From: an uncultured virus (IMG/VR IMGVR_UViG_2061766007_002127)
Taxonomy: Duplodnaviria > Heunggongvirae > Uroviricota > Caudoviricetes
Direction: 5' to 3' (one strand)
Length of the DNA: 64,000 nucleotides
IMG/VR virus record: IMGVR_UViG_2061766007_002127
Shown here: positions 13,943 through 26,068 of the stretch, in pieces
Layout: each line of letters begins with the position of its first letter
How positions within the stretch are numbered: the stretch's first letter is position 1
Position numbers and translations under genes: made by a program
Notes under the pieces: model-generated
Databases searched by the model: none
What the model saw: only the letters and a program-made list of their open reading frames with translations
What the model was told of the DNA's origin: nothing

Positions 13943-16900
13943 ATGTACGCATTCATCCTAGTCCTGTACGCCACGAGCTTTGCAATCCTTCGCTCCGAGT
14001 ACCATGCGCCGTATTCTGCGTCATGACCGTTCGCGTCAATCCACTTCCTAGCCCTCGCGTCCTCGGTGACTGGCTTCTTCTTGCCGAGGCTCGCGATGTA
14101 GCTCTCGTACTCCTTCCTGTATCCGTCCATTGAATGCGCTTCAATGAATTCGTCGAAGAAGTACGAGTAGTAGAACGCATTCCACTTCCCCCTAGCCTTC
14201 AGCCACGCCTCGAATGCGTCGATGTCGCCCTCCGTGCAGGAGATGTCCGTGTACTTGGATATGCCCTTGAACCAGCTTTCGAATTCCTCCGTGATTCCGT
14301 CTATGTTCCCCTGCGTCTCCTGTATGCTTCCCATGACGCGCACAGGCTCGTCGAGATACGTCCATTTCCCGTTGGAGCCTCCGTCTCCTGCATCCTCCCA
14401 CTTCCAGTGGCTCNNNNNNNNNNNNNNNNNNNNNNNNNNNNNNCACATCTTCACAGTGAAGACTGGGAGTGTCAGACCCTTCCTGTCCATTGAGAGCGCA
14501 GAGAGGAGCATCACGCGCATGTTCCACGACGACTGCATGCCTAGGCTCGACACGTTGAGCGTGACCGTGTGAAGGATAGCCAGTTCGTCTGGTATCTCCA
14601 CCCTCCCTAGCACGTTCGACTTCAGGTCGGTGAGCCTGCCAGAAAGTATCGACGTGCCGTCGCCTTCCGTCCCTNNNNNNNNNNNNNNNGCGTTCGGTGT
14701 ACCATTGCTTCCTGTAGACTGGAACCCCGTTGCTGACTCCAGACGGGATTGGGTCGTAGTCGTTCGGCAGGTACTTGAACCCGACTATGTCGTAGTCCCT
14801 GCCAAGCTCGTCGTCGAACCTGAACGTGAGCGTCAGCTTCTTCGTCCACGGGTCGTAGTCGGTCGAGACGATTGTCGCAGGGGACACGGCAGTCTTCGAA
14901 ATCGTGAACTCCCGCGATGAGATGGTGGTGCCGACATTCATCTGACCACCGTTGTTGGAGTATGCCGTGAGCGTGAACCTGTAGTAGCTTCCGTCCTCGA
15001 ACAGCCTGTTCCCGTTCGAGTCGACGGTCTCCGTCATGTCGAGCATGTCCGAAAGCGCCACGGTGCTCTTCATGCACCACGCGCCAGGAGTGATGCTCCC
15101 GTTTATGGTGACGTTCTCGTCCCAGTACGAATGCGCCGTCTTCACCGAGAACGGCGCCCCGACCGTGCTTCCCATGCTCATCTTCTGAGCCACGAGGCAC
15201 ATGAACGATTTCGAGCTTATCTTCATCGTCCAGTGCAGCCTGTTGTAGCTGTTCCACTCCGACTGCAGATAGAGGAACGAGTCGCCGCTTCCGTAGTCCT
15301 GCATTTCGTCTATGCCTGCCCCAGGTCTCGGACTCCAGACCTGCAGGTACTCGTTGTCGCCGTTGTAGTCCTTGAACAGCTCCCTGTCCCCGACCTGCCA
15401 TCCACCTATCCTCCACTGCCTGTCGTATGGATACGGAGGCTCTGGTCTGGTGGCGTACTTGGGGTGCTCGCTCCGTGGGTATCCAGAGAAGTACGGGAGC
15501 ACATCGTACACGATTTTCCCAGTCAGCCTGTAGTCGAGGAACGGGAGCAGGTCGTAGTCGCCGTTCTCGTCCACCTTCTTGAACGTCTTGTCGGACAGGA
15601 TGTAGCGTTCAGTCATCATCTGACCGACGAGCCTGTAGTCGATGTACGGGTCGCCCCTCAAGCCAGTGAACGGGTCTTCGTAGAATCCGTGGACGAGCTT
15701 GCTGGAGCGTGGAATGTACTTGTCCTTGTACACGCCGTCCTTGTCCTCCTTGAAGTACGTCTCAAGCGTGTTCTTCGGCTGGTAGCCGTACTTCTCCCAT
15801 ATCGCGAGCGAGCCTCTGAACGAAGGGCTGNNNNNNNNNNNNNNNNNNNNTGAGCTCGCATCCTTCGCGTGGAGCCTGTATCTTGTTCTCCCACGACCCC
15901 TTGTACCTCGCGTATGAGTCGACCGACTTCGTGTCGTAGTCGAAGTCCTTCCAGTCGGACTCCTCCTCGGATTCCCTCTTTTTCTTCTTCGTAAGGTCTA
16001 TTGCAGTTATCGACCTCGACTCGTCCTTCAGGATGTCGAACGGGGAGTCGATGGCGCATGGTCGGTAGTTGTTCGGCAATGTCTCGACGACAACCGTCGT
16101 CGAGCTTGTCGTCTCGTCCACGTAGTAGAACTCCTTCTCATATGGAGTAGTGTCGTCGACGAGCGACTTCTGCTGTTCGGTCAGGTCGTATGCGCCGAGG
16201 ACGTACAGACCGTACCTGTCCCTGAATATGTCGGCGTACACGCCACCGTTGAGGTTTATCGGGCAGATGTGGTTCAACGGCGATTCGCCGTCTGGAGTGA
16301 ACGGGTTCTTGCACATCGCCTCGGAGATGTCCACGTAGTCGAACACGACGCACGTCTTCGGCAACAGCTTGTTCCTCCATGTCATGTCTGGAAGCCTCTG
16401 GTACTTCTTGATGCCGTCGTCATCCTCCTGTTGCTGTTGCTGACCATCGCCGTCGCCTTCCTTCTTCTTCTGCTTCCTCTTGTGCGAAATCGGGCTGGCG
16501 TTCTCGTCATCCGACTCGAACCATCCTATCTCCTGCACGAGTGGAAGCTCTGGCGAAACCTCCACGTCTATGACTTTCGGCACGGCGCACGCCCCTCGGT
16601 TGTTGAACACCTTCTTCTTCCTGTACCTTCCAGGCTTGCCTTCGATGGGAACGACAATCCAGTTCCTGTACCCGTATCCCTCCAACGGGAACGGGTTGCA
16701 CGACTCGACATGGTACCTGCGTATGAATATCCTTCCCGTCTTCCTGTAGTCCTCTGGCGTGAATTTGAAGTGGTATCCGTTCTCGTCCACCTCGTCCCTG
16801 TAGCACGTGAACATCGGCTCGCCAGACGNNNNNNNNNNNNNNNNNNNNNNNNNNNNNNNTCATCTCCTCTGGTATTCCGAACGCCTCGTATTCGTCGACG

Positions 16901-19900
16901 GTCTCGTTGCCATGCTCGTCGGTGCCGCCCTCGCTGTACGGGACGAAGTCCTCGATGGCGTTGTCTATCGGGCTTTCCTGCACGTCGTACTTGTGCTTCG
17001 TGTTCTTCCTCTCTATGTACCAGTACGTGTTCTGGTCGTCGACATCCTGCTTGCTTTCATCTTCCTCCTTGTCCTCCTTCACATCTGGGTTCTTCGGGAA
17101 CTCCCCCTCGACGAGGTTCTGGCGCAACGTCCTCATGGTCTGGTGGACGGCGCACGGGGACATTCCGAGCGTCTCGTAGCAACTCGATTCGCACTGCGAC
17201 AGCTCGAAGTCGGTGTACCTCGCCTCCTTCAGACCATCCACATTCAATGAGGTGTTGCCGTACACGGTGAACGCCATCGTCTTCGCAACGAGGTCGATGC
17301 TCCTCCCCTCGTCGGAATTCTCTATGGTTCCCCTGACCCCACGTGTCATCGTGAACTCGAAGCTCTCTGGGAACAACGGGACGGTGTTTTTATTCTCGTC
17401 CTCCTCCTCGAACTTGAACATCGGGCTCAGGAGCTTCTGCAACAGACCCATGAATTCGGTCATCTCTGCATTCCTCCTGCGTGCCGTGTACTTCTTCACG
17501 ATGCTCTCTGGGACAATCTCGTCGGGCATGTACGGGATGTAGTCGTCGGAATTCTCCTGCTCGTCATANNNNNNNNNNTCAGGACGTACCTGTACCTGTC
17601 GTTCACGCCCCTCGTGATGATAATCGGGAAACGGACGTTGCCAGAGAACGACATCCTCTGGATGACATGGTGGCATCCATTGTCGATTTGCGATTTTATG
17701 ACGGCGAGCGCGTGGTTCTTGACCCCGTTGCATTTCGACACGCCTATGACCCTGTAGTCTGGGACGCCCCATTCGCCGCCTCCACCGCCTTCGTCGATGG
17801 TCGCAGTCTGCTCCTCCGATTCCCCAGAGTCCCCAGAGCCTTCCGAGCCACCTTCCGAGCCTCCACCAGAGCCTGCGCCCTTGTATCCGTCCTTCGCCTT
17901 GGAAATCGACGTGGCTCCCTCGAAGAACTGGTACATGACACGTGGTTGCGCCCACCACGGTCCGTTCGTGGCGAGCCTCGTCAGAGCCTTGTCGCCCTTC
18001 TTCCCCTCCTCTGCATCCATCGTCAGGCTATCGTCTGCAGTCGTGCCGTCCTTCTCGAAGTCGTGCATGTAGTCGCCCTCGATGCTGGCGTTCAGCTTCG
18101 CCCCGTCGAGGTATATCCCCTCGTGGTAGCTCATGGCTTCTGGCGTCACGAGCGTCCTGTATGCGTCGAATTCAGGTCGTGGGTCGAGCTTCAGGTAGAC
18201 GTCGTCCTTCACGAACCCGAACGTCTCCTGATTGAATATCGCATTCCTTGACGTGTCGTTGTCGTCCCTGTCCATAGCCTCCCCAGTGCCGAACTTCAGC
18301 TTCGCCATCTTGACCCACGTGTACGGGCAGTCCTCGTCCTTCGGTGCGCNNNNNNNNNNGTCGCATTCGTCGACGTGTCGTCGTCGTCCCTGTCCATAGC
18401 CTGTCCAGTGCCGAACTTAATCTTCGCCATCTTGACCCACGTGTACGGGCAGTCCTCGTCCTTCGGTGCGCTTCCGTTCTCAAGCTTCCACTGCTCCTTC
18501 CACTTCTCCTTGATGTCCTCGAACTCGTATTTCCTGTATAGCTTCATCTGCTGTTGCAGAAGCGTGTTCTCGGTGAACCTCTCCCCAGAGCTGTACCCGT
18601 GCCACATGGCGTAGTAGTCCTTGATGGTGCTTCCATGCACGCCTGCCGCCATGTGGGTGTGGTACCTGAACTCCATCGGGAACTCGCGACCACAGCCGTA
18701 GCACTTGAACCCGAGCCTGTACGGAGTGCCGTCGAACCTCTCTCCGTCCTCGCCGAATGCATCCACGAGCGCAGTCCTCACAATCACTGGCTTCCCGTTT
18801 TGAACCACTATGTTCCCGTTTTCGTCAAGCTGGTACGTGTCGTAGTGCTTGCTCCCGTCAGCGAGGACTATGAACGTCTTGAGTATCTGAAGCGTGTCGC
18901 AGTACGGGCAGAACGACACGAACCCGTCTGCCATGATTGTGTCTGGATGGGCATAGTTCGGGTCTGTGCTCTCGGAGCCGTCGGTCCATCTCTCGACATT
19001 GTTCTCGTCCGTTGTGAACGGAGCCTTGTATTCAGTGGCAGCGCCTGACTTTNNNNNNNNNNNNNNNNNNNNNNNNNNNNNATTTCAATTCACTATAGGA
19101 TGCATATGACTTGTTGTACTTCTCGTACCTGTAGACCGTGAAGCCAGACGGCTGGGTGACGCGCTGGAGGTAGTGCTTTCCGAGCGCGTTCTCGATTCCA
19201 CTGTACAACGTGTACCAGGAGCTGGCGCTTATGCCACCTTCTCCACCACCTTCTCCACCACCTTCACTGCCGTTTTTCTGGCTGTANNNNNNNNNNNNNN
19301 NNNNNNNNNNNNNNNNNNNNNNNNNNNNNNNNNNNNNNNNNNNNNNNNNNNNACCATCCTGCGCATTGCTGGTCTCCTCATCGAGCGTATGCGCCATCAG
19401 CATCCGTTGCATCGTGTCTGGAAGCAACGGGTAGACTGGTATCCACGTGATGCTCCCGTTGACGTACACAGTTTCGGTGCTTCGTTCCTCACTGAGATTG
19501 TTCGTGAGATTGGAATTGTCGATTTGCGTGATGTGGTACGGGGCGCTGCACACCTCGTCGACGCCGTCCGTCGCGAACAGGTACAGGTATGCGTCATTGA
19601 CAACGATTCCCCTCATCACGTCCTTGTTAATCTCCGTCGCCGTCCACCACGTGACCTCGATTTCCCTGTTGGTCGGTATGCGTATGAGGCTCTCCTCCGT
19701 CAGCGCCCTCATGAACGTTTCATTGTTGCTGTTGTCGTAGCTCAGAGGCTCTGTGGATAGGTTTTTCGGCACTTGTGCCTTTTCGTCATCCGTGCTGTAC
19801 GGCATCGTGAACAGCAGCCATGCCTTCACGTACNNNNNNNNNNNNNNNNNNNNNNNCGACCATCTCGCCGTTCAGCCTCTCCGACGCGACGTAGTCTCCG

Positions 19901-20856
19901 TTCGGGTCTTCGACGTACCTGCCCTGCGCATTCAACGAGTGCGTGCCACCCGCGCCAGTGTACCTGTACGGGTAGTCCACATATGTTATGACGCACGTCG
20001 GCGCCTCGTTCCTCACCATGATGAACCCGTTGACATCGCACCATTCGGAGTAGTCGAACCCGTCTGAAGCCCTCGCCCTGCAGAAGTACATCTTGTTGTA
20101 GAGCAGGTGGACTTCGCCACCGTCCGACGACGGGAGCATCCCGTCCGTGAAGAATGCGCTGACGGTCGCCTGCGCTGCGTCCATCCGTATGCCGTCAATC
20201 TCGTGGAATTCGAGATGGGCAAGCCCCTCGTCGAACAACGGCGTGTCCGACACCTGCAACGTGTACGTCAGCTCGTCGTAGTCTGCATCGAACGAGCTTG
20301 AGAATGACAGTAGACCGTTCGCCTTGTTCTTTAGCCTGTCGAGGCTGGTGTCGAAGCAGAAGTACAGACCGTCCCTTCTGGAACCCCACATCCTCCCGTG
20401 GTTGACGTGGTTTCCGTTCGCGTCCCTCTCGAAGTCGTATGATGCCCCGCTGTCTGACATCCCGTGCGTGCAGTACTCGTTGCCATTCCCGTCGAATATC
20501 CTCAGCCTGACCTCGCACGCCCCTTCCCACGTCCCGACTCCAGTGGCAGATGTCGATGTCACGTCCTGAGTGCTCGTGAGCGAGTGGAAGCACGTGTACT
20601 CCGTCTCGATTGTGCTCTGGATGCCACTGAACAGGTATCCACATGCATGCACTGGCTCCCCTAGCACCGTGTAGTCCTTCGGGTACCGAGTCCTCATCTC
20701 GAATATGAATGACGCCTGCTGTACGCCGTCTGGCAACGTCCACCCGAACTTCGGTGGTCTGTCTTCGCTCTCCCCGAATGCGTAGGGGAGGGGGTGCCAC
20801 ACCTCGTTGTCGTCGATGTAGTATATCTCTATGTCTAGTTGCTGGAAGTCAGCCAT
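13943..20856 (-). CDS. N-terminal and middle part of giant acidic virion-like protein (Fn3/Ig-like segments), frame-broken by gaps
   Basis: Starts MADFQQLDIEIYY; every inter-gap contig has a long minus-strand open frame; TYTLQVSDTPLFD...YFCRARASDGFDYSEW is Fn3-like; CxxC pairs and G/S/E linkers. Confidence 0.55.
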
Positions 20857-21112
20857 GCGCAAGTCCTGTCTAAAAAGGAAAATAGTCCAGAATAATTATA
20901 CAAGAAAAGCCGTAGACCAAATATGGCTACGGCTTCAAGTGGGGCATGTCCAGACGGCTATTTTTTCCTTTGCAGAAGAAGCTCCTCAAGGAGTCTGACG
21001 AGCTCGAGTGCCACCTCAAGCCTCGTCCTCTCCTTCTTCTGCTCGTCTGGTCTGGGAACACCCAGATTGTCGAACACCTCCATGTGGAGGCATGCGTCTC
21101 GCTTCCTCTTCT

Positions 21113-21472
21113 TCATCTCTTCTTGTAGTTCAGGATGTAGTTCGGGTACTGTTCCTTCGGGAACTTCTCGTTGAATTCCCTCATTGAATCTCCCATGAAA
21201 TCCATCATGGCATTCATGTATTCGATGGCGTTCTGGAACTTGTTGCTCGTCTTGGGCTGGGAGCCAGAGAATCCCATGTTAATGCCGACATCCATTGACT
21301 TCCGACCGTCGCCGCAGTCCCTGACTGAGAACAGGACGACGTTCTCGCCGAACTTGGAGTCTGCCTCCTGTTGCTTCGCCATGCTCCATTCTGCGATTTC
21401 GGAGTCTGCGTCGGCGACGAGCATTCTCGCAATCCTGACCAGTTGCCTTGCGATTCTGATGTTCCTGTCCAT
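21113..21472 (-). CDS. Hypothetical protein with shared basic amphipathic N-terminal leader
   Basis: MDRNIRIARQLVRIARMLVA; AGGAG RBS. Confidence 0.65.
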   Translation of the reverse strand: MDRNIRIARQLVRIARMLVADADSEIAEWSMAKQQEADSKFGENVVLFSVRDCGDGRKSMDVGINMGFSGSQPKTSNKFQNAIEYMNAMMDFMGDSMREFNEKFPKEQYPNYILNYKKR

Positions 21473-21474
21473 TT

Positions 21475-22089
21475 CTATCTCCTGACTATGAATACGAACC
21501 ACTTCCCGTTGTCGTCCTGCGCGTAGTTGCCGACACGGTACGCAGGAACGTCGTCTATGACGTTGTTCTGCAACGTCGTGAAAAGGCTGCGGGGGGAGGT
21601 GCCCAATGTCTCCCCGATGTGCTCGCGCCAGTTTATCTCGCCGCCAGATGCGCCGTTCGATTCAATGTACTCGTTGTCGTACCTCTCGAACGTGTAAACC
21701 CTGAAGCACCCTCCGTCGAAGTTGACGGTCGTGATGTCCTTGCCCATGTGACCGACGAGACCATGCCTGTCGAATTCTATTCCGAAGTTCTCGTCTCCCT
21801 TCGTCCACTGCACCATCTCGTCTGGCGTCCAAAGCCCAGTGGGCTCGTTCTGGTTCGGGAACCTCCTGTCGAAGTCTGGCTTCAGGAAGTACGACCCGTT
21901 GATGGTGAACATGCCTCCGTTGGATGAACGATGGGGGTACTTGGCAGCTGCGTCGCAGTCCATGAAGTGCCCGTCGTCGGAAGGGATGAAGTTGACAATC
22001 GTCCCTGGTAGCCACCCCTTCAGCAGTTCGCCACGTGGTCTCAACGGGAGCACGCTCCCTTCCTTCGCCCTGAATACTGGTATGCTCAT
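21475..22089 (-). CDS. Hypothetical protein
   Basis: 204-aa ORF with host-like codon usage. Confidence 0.6.
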   Translation of the reverse strand: MSIPVFRAKEGSVLPLRPRGELLKGWLPGTIVNFIPSDDGHFMDCDAAAKYPHRSSNGGMFTINGSYFLKPDFDRRFPNQNEPTGLWTPDEMVQWTKGDENFGIEFDRHGLVGHMGKDITTVNFDGGCFRVYTFERYDNEYIESNGASGGEINWREHIGETLGTSPRSLFTTLQNNVIDDVPAYRVGNYAQDDNGKWFVFIVRR

Positions 22090-22177
22090 TTTCTTAAGCC
22101 TCTTGCCACAATCGCCTTTGCCTGCATTGCGATTGCTTCTGGCATGCCAAGCAAGCGATTGACTGTCTGCATGACTT

Positions 22178-22783
22178 TCAATTCTGCCCGTTGAGCTTGG
22201 CTGGACTGCCGTTCTGCTCCTTTTTCTTGCTTATCAAGTACAGCATGTTGCCGTTGTCGTCCTTTACAGTGAACCATTCGCGCTCTGGGACATATTCCAC
22301 ATTGCTCCTTCTCACGTTGACCCCCTGCTTTTTGCACCATCCGACAATCATTCCAGTCTTGTTCCGAATCGTGTCGGAATCAGCCATTCTCATGACATTG
22401 ACGCAATGCCTTGTCCCATTCTGCTCGTATTTCAGGACAAAATACTTTGAGCGTTGCAGTGAGCTGAAATTGTCCGTGTCAAGGCACATCCTGTATTCAA
22501 CGGTTCCGTCGTCGTGTCTCAGCACATACTGGTCGCCGTCTGCATATATGTCGCAGTCGTCAGGAATCTTGTATCCAGTGTTCTGGACGGCTTCCTCAAA
22601 AGAATTCATCTTCTGGGAATCGGAATCGGATTCGCCGAAGTATAGCCTTTCAACGAACACCTCCCTTGTTCCATTGTTCAGCACGCGAAGAACCTTCCAC
22701 GCCTTGGAGCCATTCTCGTCGTATCCGACGAGCATTTTCGCAATCATGACAAGCTGTTTCGCTATTCTGACGTTGTTGTTCAT
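22178..22783 (-). CDS. Hypothetical protein with shared N-terminal leader
   Basis: MNNNVRIAKQLVMIAKMLVG; GAGGAG RBS. Confidence 0.65.
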   Translation of the reverse strand: MNNNVRIAKQLVMIAKMLVGYDENGSKAWKVLRVLNNGTREVFVERLYFGESDSDSQKMNSFEEAVQNTGYKIPDDCDIYADGDQYVLRHDDGTVEYRMCLDTDNFSSLQRSKYFVLKYEQNGTRHCVNVMRMADSDTIRNKTGMIVGWCKKQGVNVRRSNVEYVPEREWFTVKDDNGNMLYLISKKKEQNGSPAKLNGQN

Positions 22784-23212
22784 GCCTGTTCTCCTCTTGA
22801 TGCGTCAATCTGAAGACCCTGACCGTTGTACTTGATGTTGCGGGTCTTTGTCACCTTCCTGACGATGCCGTCGTCCGTCTCGACGTCCTCCTCTATCCTC
22901 TGCGTCCTGTCGTCGGTGTCGCAGACGATTCCACCCTTGTGGACGAAGTTGAAGTCGTGACCCATGTTCACCATCCCGAACGTCCACGTCGGTATTCGGT
23001 TGTCGCAGTTCCAGCGGCGGTCGATGTCCATNNNNNNNNNNAGTCCACGTCGGTATTCGGTTGTCGCAGTTCCAGCGGCGGTCGATGTCCATGCTCCTCA
23101 GCTTCTCCACGCTGTCTGCGTCGATTCCGTTCATCGACAGCTTGGCGCATATCATGTTCGGCGACTGGTGGTAGTGTGGAAGCGCCGTGTTGTCCTGTTC
23201 GTTTGCTGGCAT
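22780..23212 (-). CDS. Hypothetical protein (gap with local duplication)
   Basis: AAGGAGG RBS then MPANEQDNTALPH...; ends ...IDASRGEQA overlapping next start. Confidence 0.55.
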
Positions 23213-23271
23213 GTCTAGCCTCCTTGAAAATGAAAAAGCCCTCTGTGGTATTATTCTACCATTGAGGGCTT

Positions 23272-23287
23272 GATATAAACGGAATGT
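23272..23287 (-). promoter_or_regulatory. Class 2 16-bp motif
   Basis: ACATTCCGTTTATATC on minus, upstream of the 23212 gene. Confidence 0.5.
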
Positions 23288-23292
23288 TCCAC

Positions 23293-24021
23293 CTATTTCC
23301 TGTCGGTCTCGATTCCGAAGTCCGTCGGCTCCTCTGGAGCCTTCTCGTCGCACGCCACGGCATTCGCGAGGATGTCCCTTATCGCATTCCACAGCTCGAA
23401 CGTCGTCTCGCAGCGGACCTCGATGTTCTTGGTCGTGAACTTGTCCATCAAGTCCTTGATTTCGCGTATCTGGTCGACGTCTGCCAGAACGAACGGGTAG
23501 CCCATCAGGATGAAGGAAATCTGGTCGTCTGCCGACACGGGCGCGTCCTTCTTCTCCTCCTTGGGCTTCTTCTCCTTCTTCTCCTTCTTGTCGTCGTCGA
23601 AGAGGTTCCCCTCGTGGAACTGGAGCATCTTGTCGAGCTCCTCGTTGTCGTATCCAGTCAGGTCGAGCATCTCTGCGTCCATCTCCTGCAACATGTCAAG
23701 GAGGTTCTTCTCGTCGTTCTCTGACAGGTCGGAAGTCCTGTTGTCGGCAATCATCAGAGCCTTCGCACGCTCCTCGTCGATGTCTATGACATGGCATTGA
23801 ATCTCCTTCCAGCCAAGCGCCACGGCAGCTTCGTATGTGCCGTTTCCACAGAGAATCTCCCGCGTCTCCTTGCGCACGACTATCGGCTTTGTCTGTCCAA
23901 AGGCTTGAAGGCTCTTCTTTATCGCGTCGAGGTTCCTCTTGCCATGAATGCGAGTGTTCCTCGCATATGGCTTCAGGTCTTCGACCTTGATTGTGTCAAT
24001 CTTCATCTCAGAAAGCTTCAT
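23293..24021 (-). CDS. ParB/Srx-like N-terminal domain protein
   Basis: IKVEDLKPYARNTRIH...IKKSLQAFGQTKPIVV...ILCGNGTYEAAVALGW...ALMIADNR is the phage ParB-like N-domain pattern. Confidence 0.8.
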   Translation of the reverse strand: MKLSEMKIDTIKVEDLKPYARNTRIHGKRNLDAIKKSLQAFGQTKPIVVRKETREILCGNGTYEAAVALGWKEIQCHVIDIDEERAKALMIADNRTSDLSENDEKNLLDMLQEMDAEMLDLTGYDNEELDKMLQFHEGNLFDDDKKEKKEKKPKEEKKDAPVSADDQISFILMGYPFVLADVDQIREIKDLMDKFTTKNIEVRCETTFELWNAIRDILANAVACDEKAPEEPTDFGIETDRK

Positions 24022-24040
24022 TTACTTGTACTCCTCGATT

Positions 24041-24541
24041 TTATTCATCATGGTCTCTGTATCCCATGCCCTTCAACTCTTCCACTATGCCGTCACGTTG
24101 CCCGTCGTTTTCATATGCAATGCTGATTCCGACCTCAAATGACGAGAAACCCCAGTCGATATAGTTCGTATAACTCTTTATGGTGATTTTGCTCTTTAAT
24201 TTCTGAACATCGCCATTAAGGATTTCCTGATATTTTTTGATGCATTTCTGATATCTGTCGTCATGCTTCCACCCGTCATCATGCGAATCATACGCGCATC
24301 CCATCGTCATTAACATCACGACTGCATTCTTTGACGGTCTGATTGCGTATTCTTTATCTTTTTCGTCATATCCTTCGACAGAGGAACTGCTTTTATTGTA
24401 ATTGCTTTTGTTCAATTCGTCAAGATAGTCTTCAGTAAAATTGTAGTCACTTGACCCGTCGTTTTCTATCGTCACGTCAATCGCGACAAGCTTTCTAGCC
24501 AATTTCAAAAGTTCCTTTGCGACTTTGATGTTCTTTTCCAT
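24041..24541 (-). CDS. AT-rich hypothetical protein with shared N-terminal leader
   Basis: MEKNIKVAKELLKLARKLVA; visibly lower GC than neighbours. Confidence 0.65.
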   Translation of the reverse strand: MEKNIKVAKELLKLARKLVAIDVTIENDGSSDYNFTEDYLDELNKSNYNKSSSSVEGYDEKDKEYAIRPSKNAVVMLMTMGCAYDSHDDGWKHDDRYQKCIKKYQEILNGDVQKLKSKITIKSYTNYIDWGFSSFEVGISIAYENDGQRDGIVEELKGMGYRDHDE

Positions 24542-24595
24542 TTTTCGTCCCCTTTCTCAATCAATCCAAAAATGGTTCAGCGATTCTCGTGTCCA

Positions 24596-24656
24596 TCGCA
24601 TATGGCTTCAGGTCTTCGACCTTGATTGCGTCAATCCTCATCTCCGAAGGCTTCAT
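24596..24656 (-). repeat. Degenerate duplicate of the first 61 bp of the ParB-like gene
   Basis: 57/61 identical to 23961-24021; encodes MKPSEMRIDAIKVEDLKPYA then diverges to a stop. Confidence 0.85.
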
Positions 24657-24670
24657 CCACATGCGCTCCT

Positions 24671-25801
24671 TCATCTGACCCCCCATTCCCAGGTGTCATT
24701 CCCTATCTTCAGGACTATCTTCCAACCCTTGTAAACCTCGTAGCTCGCGCTGTCGTACCTGTCGAAAACATAGTACTCGCTCGGGTCTTTCTTGACGACG
24801 CTTATCTGGCTGGCGTCGGAGACGCCGTTCTTCTCCATCATCGCCACGAGTTTGCCGAGCGCACTGTCGTTGTCCCTGAGCATATGGCGCGTCTTCTGTG
24901 GATTCGGGTCGCCCTTGTATTCATATGCGAGAACGTCGTAGTACGCATCCGAGATTCCAAGCGCGTTCATCACGTCCAGAGCCTTCTTGTCGTCCCCCTT
25001 GGAGAAGTACTCGTCGATGCGCTTCTTGGCGTATTGGACGGCGTCCTCGTATTTCTCCCATCCACTGTTCTCGCCAGAGTCGTAAATCCTCTTGCCGTTC
25101 TTGTATATCGAATAGCCGATGTAGTATGTGGACACCCGTTTGACCTTGATGACGAATCCCTTGTATGAAACGGGCTCCTTTTCGGATATCCTGATTTTCA
25201 GGCAGTTCGTGAACGAGACAAGCCCGAAGTATTCAAACCCGTCAAGAAGTTTCGCGCCGTCGCCGTCAAGCTCGGCGAGCAGTTTCTTCTGCTCGTCCGT
25301 GTCGTCCCCGTTGGCGACAGTCCACATGCTGTCCCTCAGATTCTTGAATTTCCCGACGAGCTCGAGTCTCTTGGATTCAAGCTCGGCAAGCTCCCCGATG
25401 AACGCCTTCACTTCGGACACGCAGTCGGATGCGCATATCCTCTTCGCTATCCTCGCAGTCTTCGCCTTCACCTTCTGGTGGTACGTGTACTTGTCCTCTA
25501 CCTCTCCGACAATCTTCGCCGTGTTGCGCTTGAGATACTCGATGGCTTCCTTCCACGAGCCGAACGACGCAATCTTGTCGATGTACTCGTCTGCTCCAGA
25601 CTTGTAGCTCGTCTCTGCCTCTATCTCGACCTTCTTGTCGTCCTTGCCGTTCAGGACGATGCACATCTTGTCGTCCTCTCCGAACGGCTTCTCGTACACG
25701 AAGATGCTGTCGGTTCCCTTCCTGTTCCCGATGTACTTGAAGTCGCCGACTTTCGCCTTCTTCAATTCGCCGTCCACGAAATCATGGTCTTTCTGTTCCA
25801 T
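24671..25801 (-). CDS. Hypothetical protein
   Basis: MEQKDHDF... 376 aa, K/D/E-rich, internal KTARIAKRICASD segment. Confidence 0.6.
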   Translation of the reverse strand: MEQKDHDFVDGELKKAKVGDFKYIGNRKGTDSIFVYEKPFGEDDKMCIVLNGKDDKKVEIEAETSYKSGADEYIDKIASFGSWKEAIEYLKRNTAKIVGEVEDKYTYHQKVKAKTARIAKRICASDCVSEVKAFIGELAELESKRLELVGKFKNLRDSMWTVANGDDTDEQKKLLAELDGDGAKLLDGFEYFGLVSFTNCLKIRISEKEPVSYKGFVIKVKRVSTYYIGYSIYKNGKRIYDSGENSGWEKYEDAVQYAKKRIDEYFSKGDDKKALDVMNALGISDAYYDVLAYEYKGDPNPQKTRHMLRDNDSALGKLVAMMEKNGVSDASQISVVKKDPSEYYVFDRYDSASYEVYKGWKIVLKIGNDTWEWGVR

Positions 25802-26067
25802 TACTCCTGCTCCTTCAGCACGCTCAGCTTGATTGAATACGACAGCGCCTTGTCTGTCGCCCTGTCGACGACGTCTATCAGCGTGTCGATGTCGATGCCA
25901 GTCTCCGTGTTCACCTTGCCCTTGAGCTTCCTGACTGCCAGCGCAGCCTCCCACTTGCGGAGGATGAGGATAGCCTCGTTCATCAGCTTGCACGCCTTGT
26001 CGATTTCCTTCGTCGACGTCTCCATCTCGAACACGTCCCTGGCTTCGTTCGCACGCATGTCCTTCAT
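25801..26067 (-). CDS. Hypothetical protein
   Basis: 88-aa helical ORF, GGGGAG RBS. Confidence 0.55.
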   Translation of the reverse strand: MKDMRANEARDVFEMETSTKEIDKACKLMNEAILILRKWEAALAVRKLKGKVNTETGIDIDTLIDVVDRATDKALSYSIKLSVLKEQE

Positions 26068-26068
26068 C

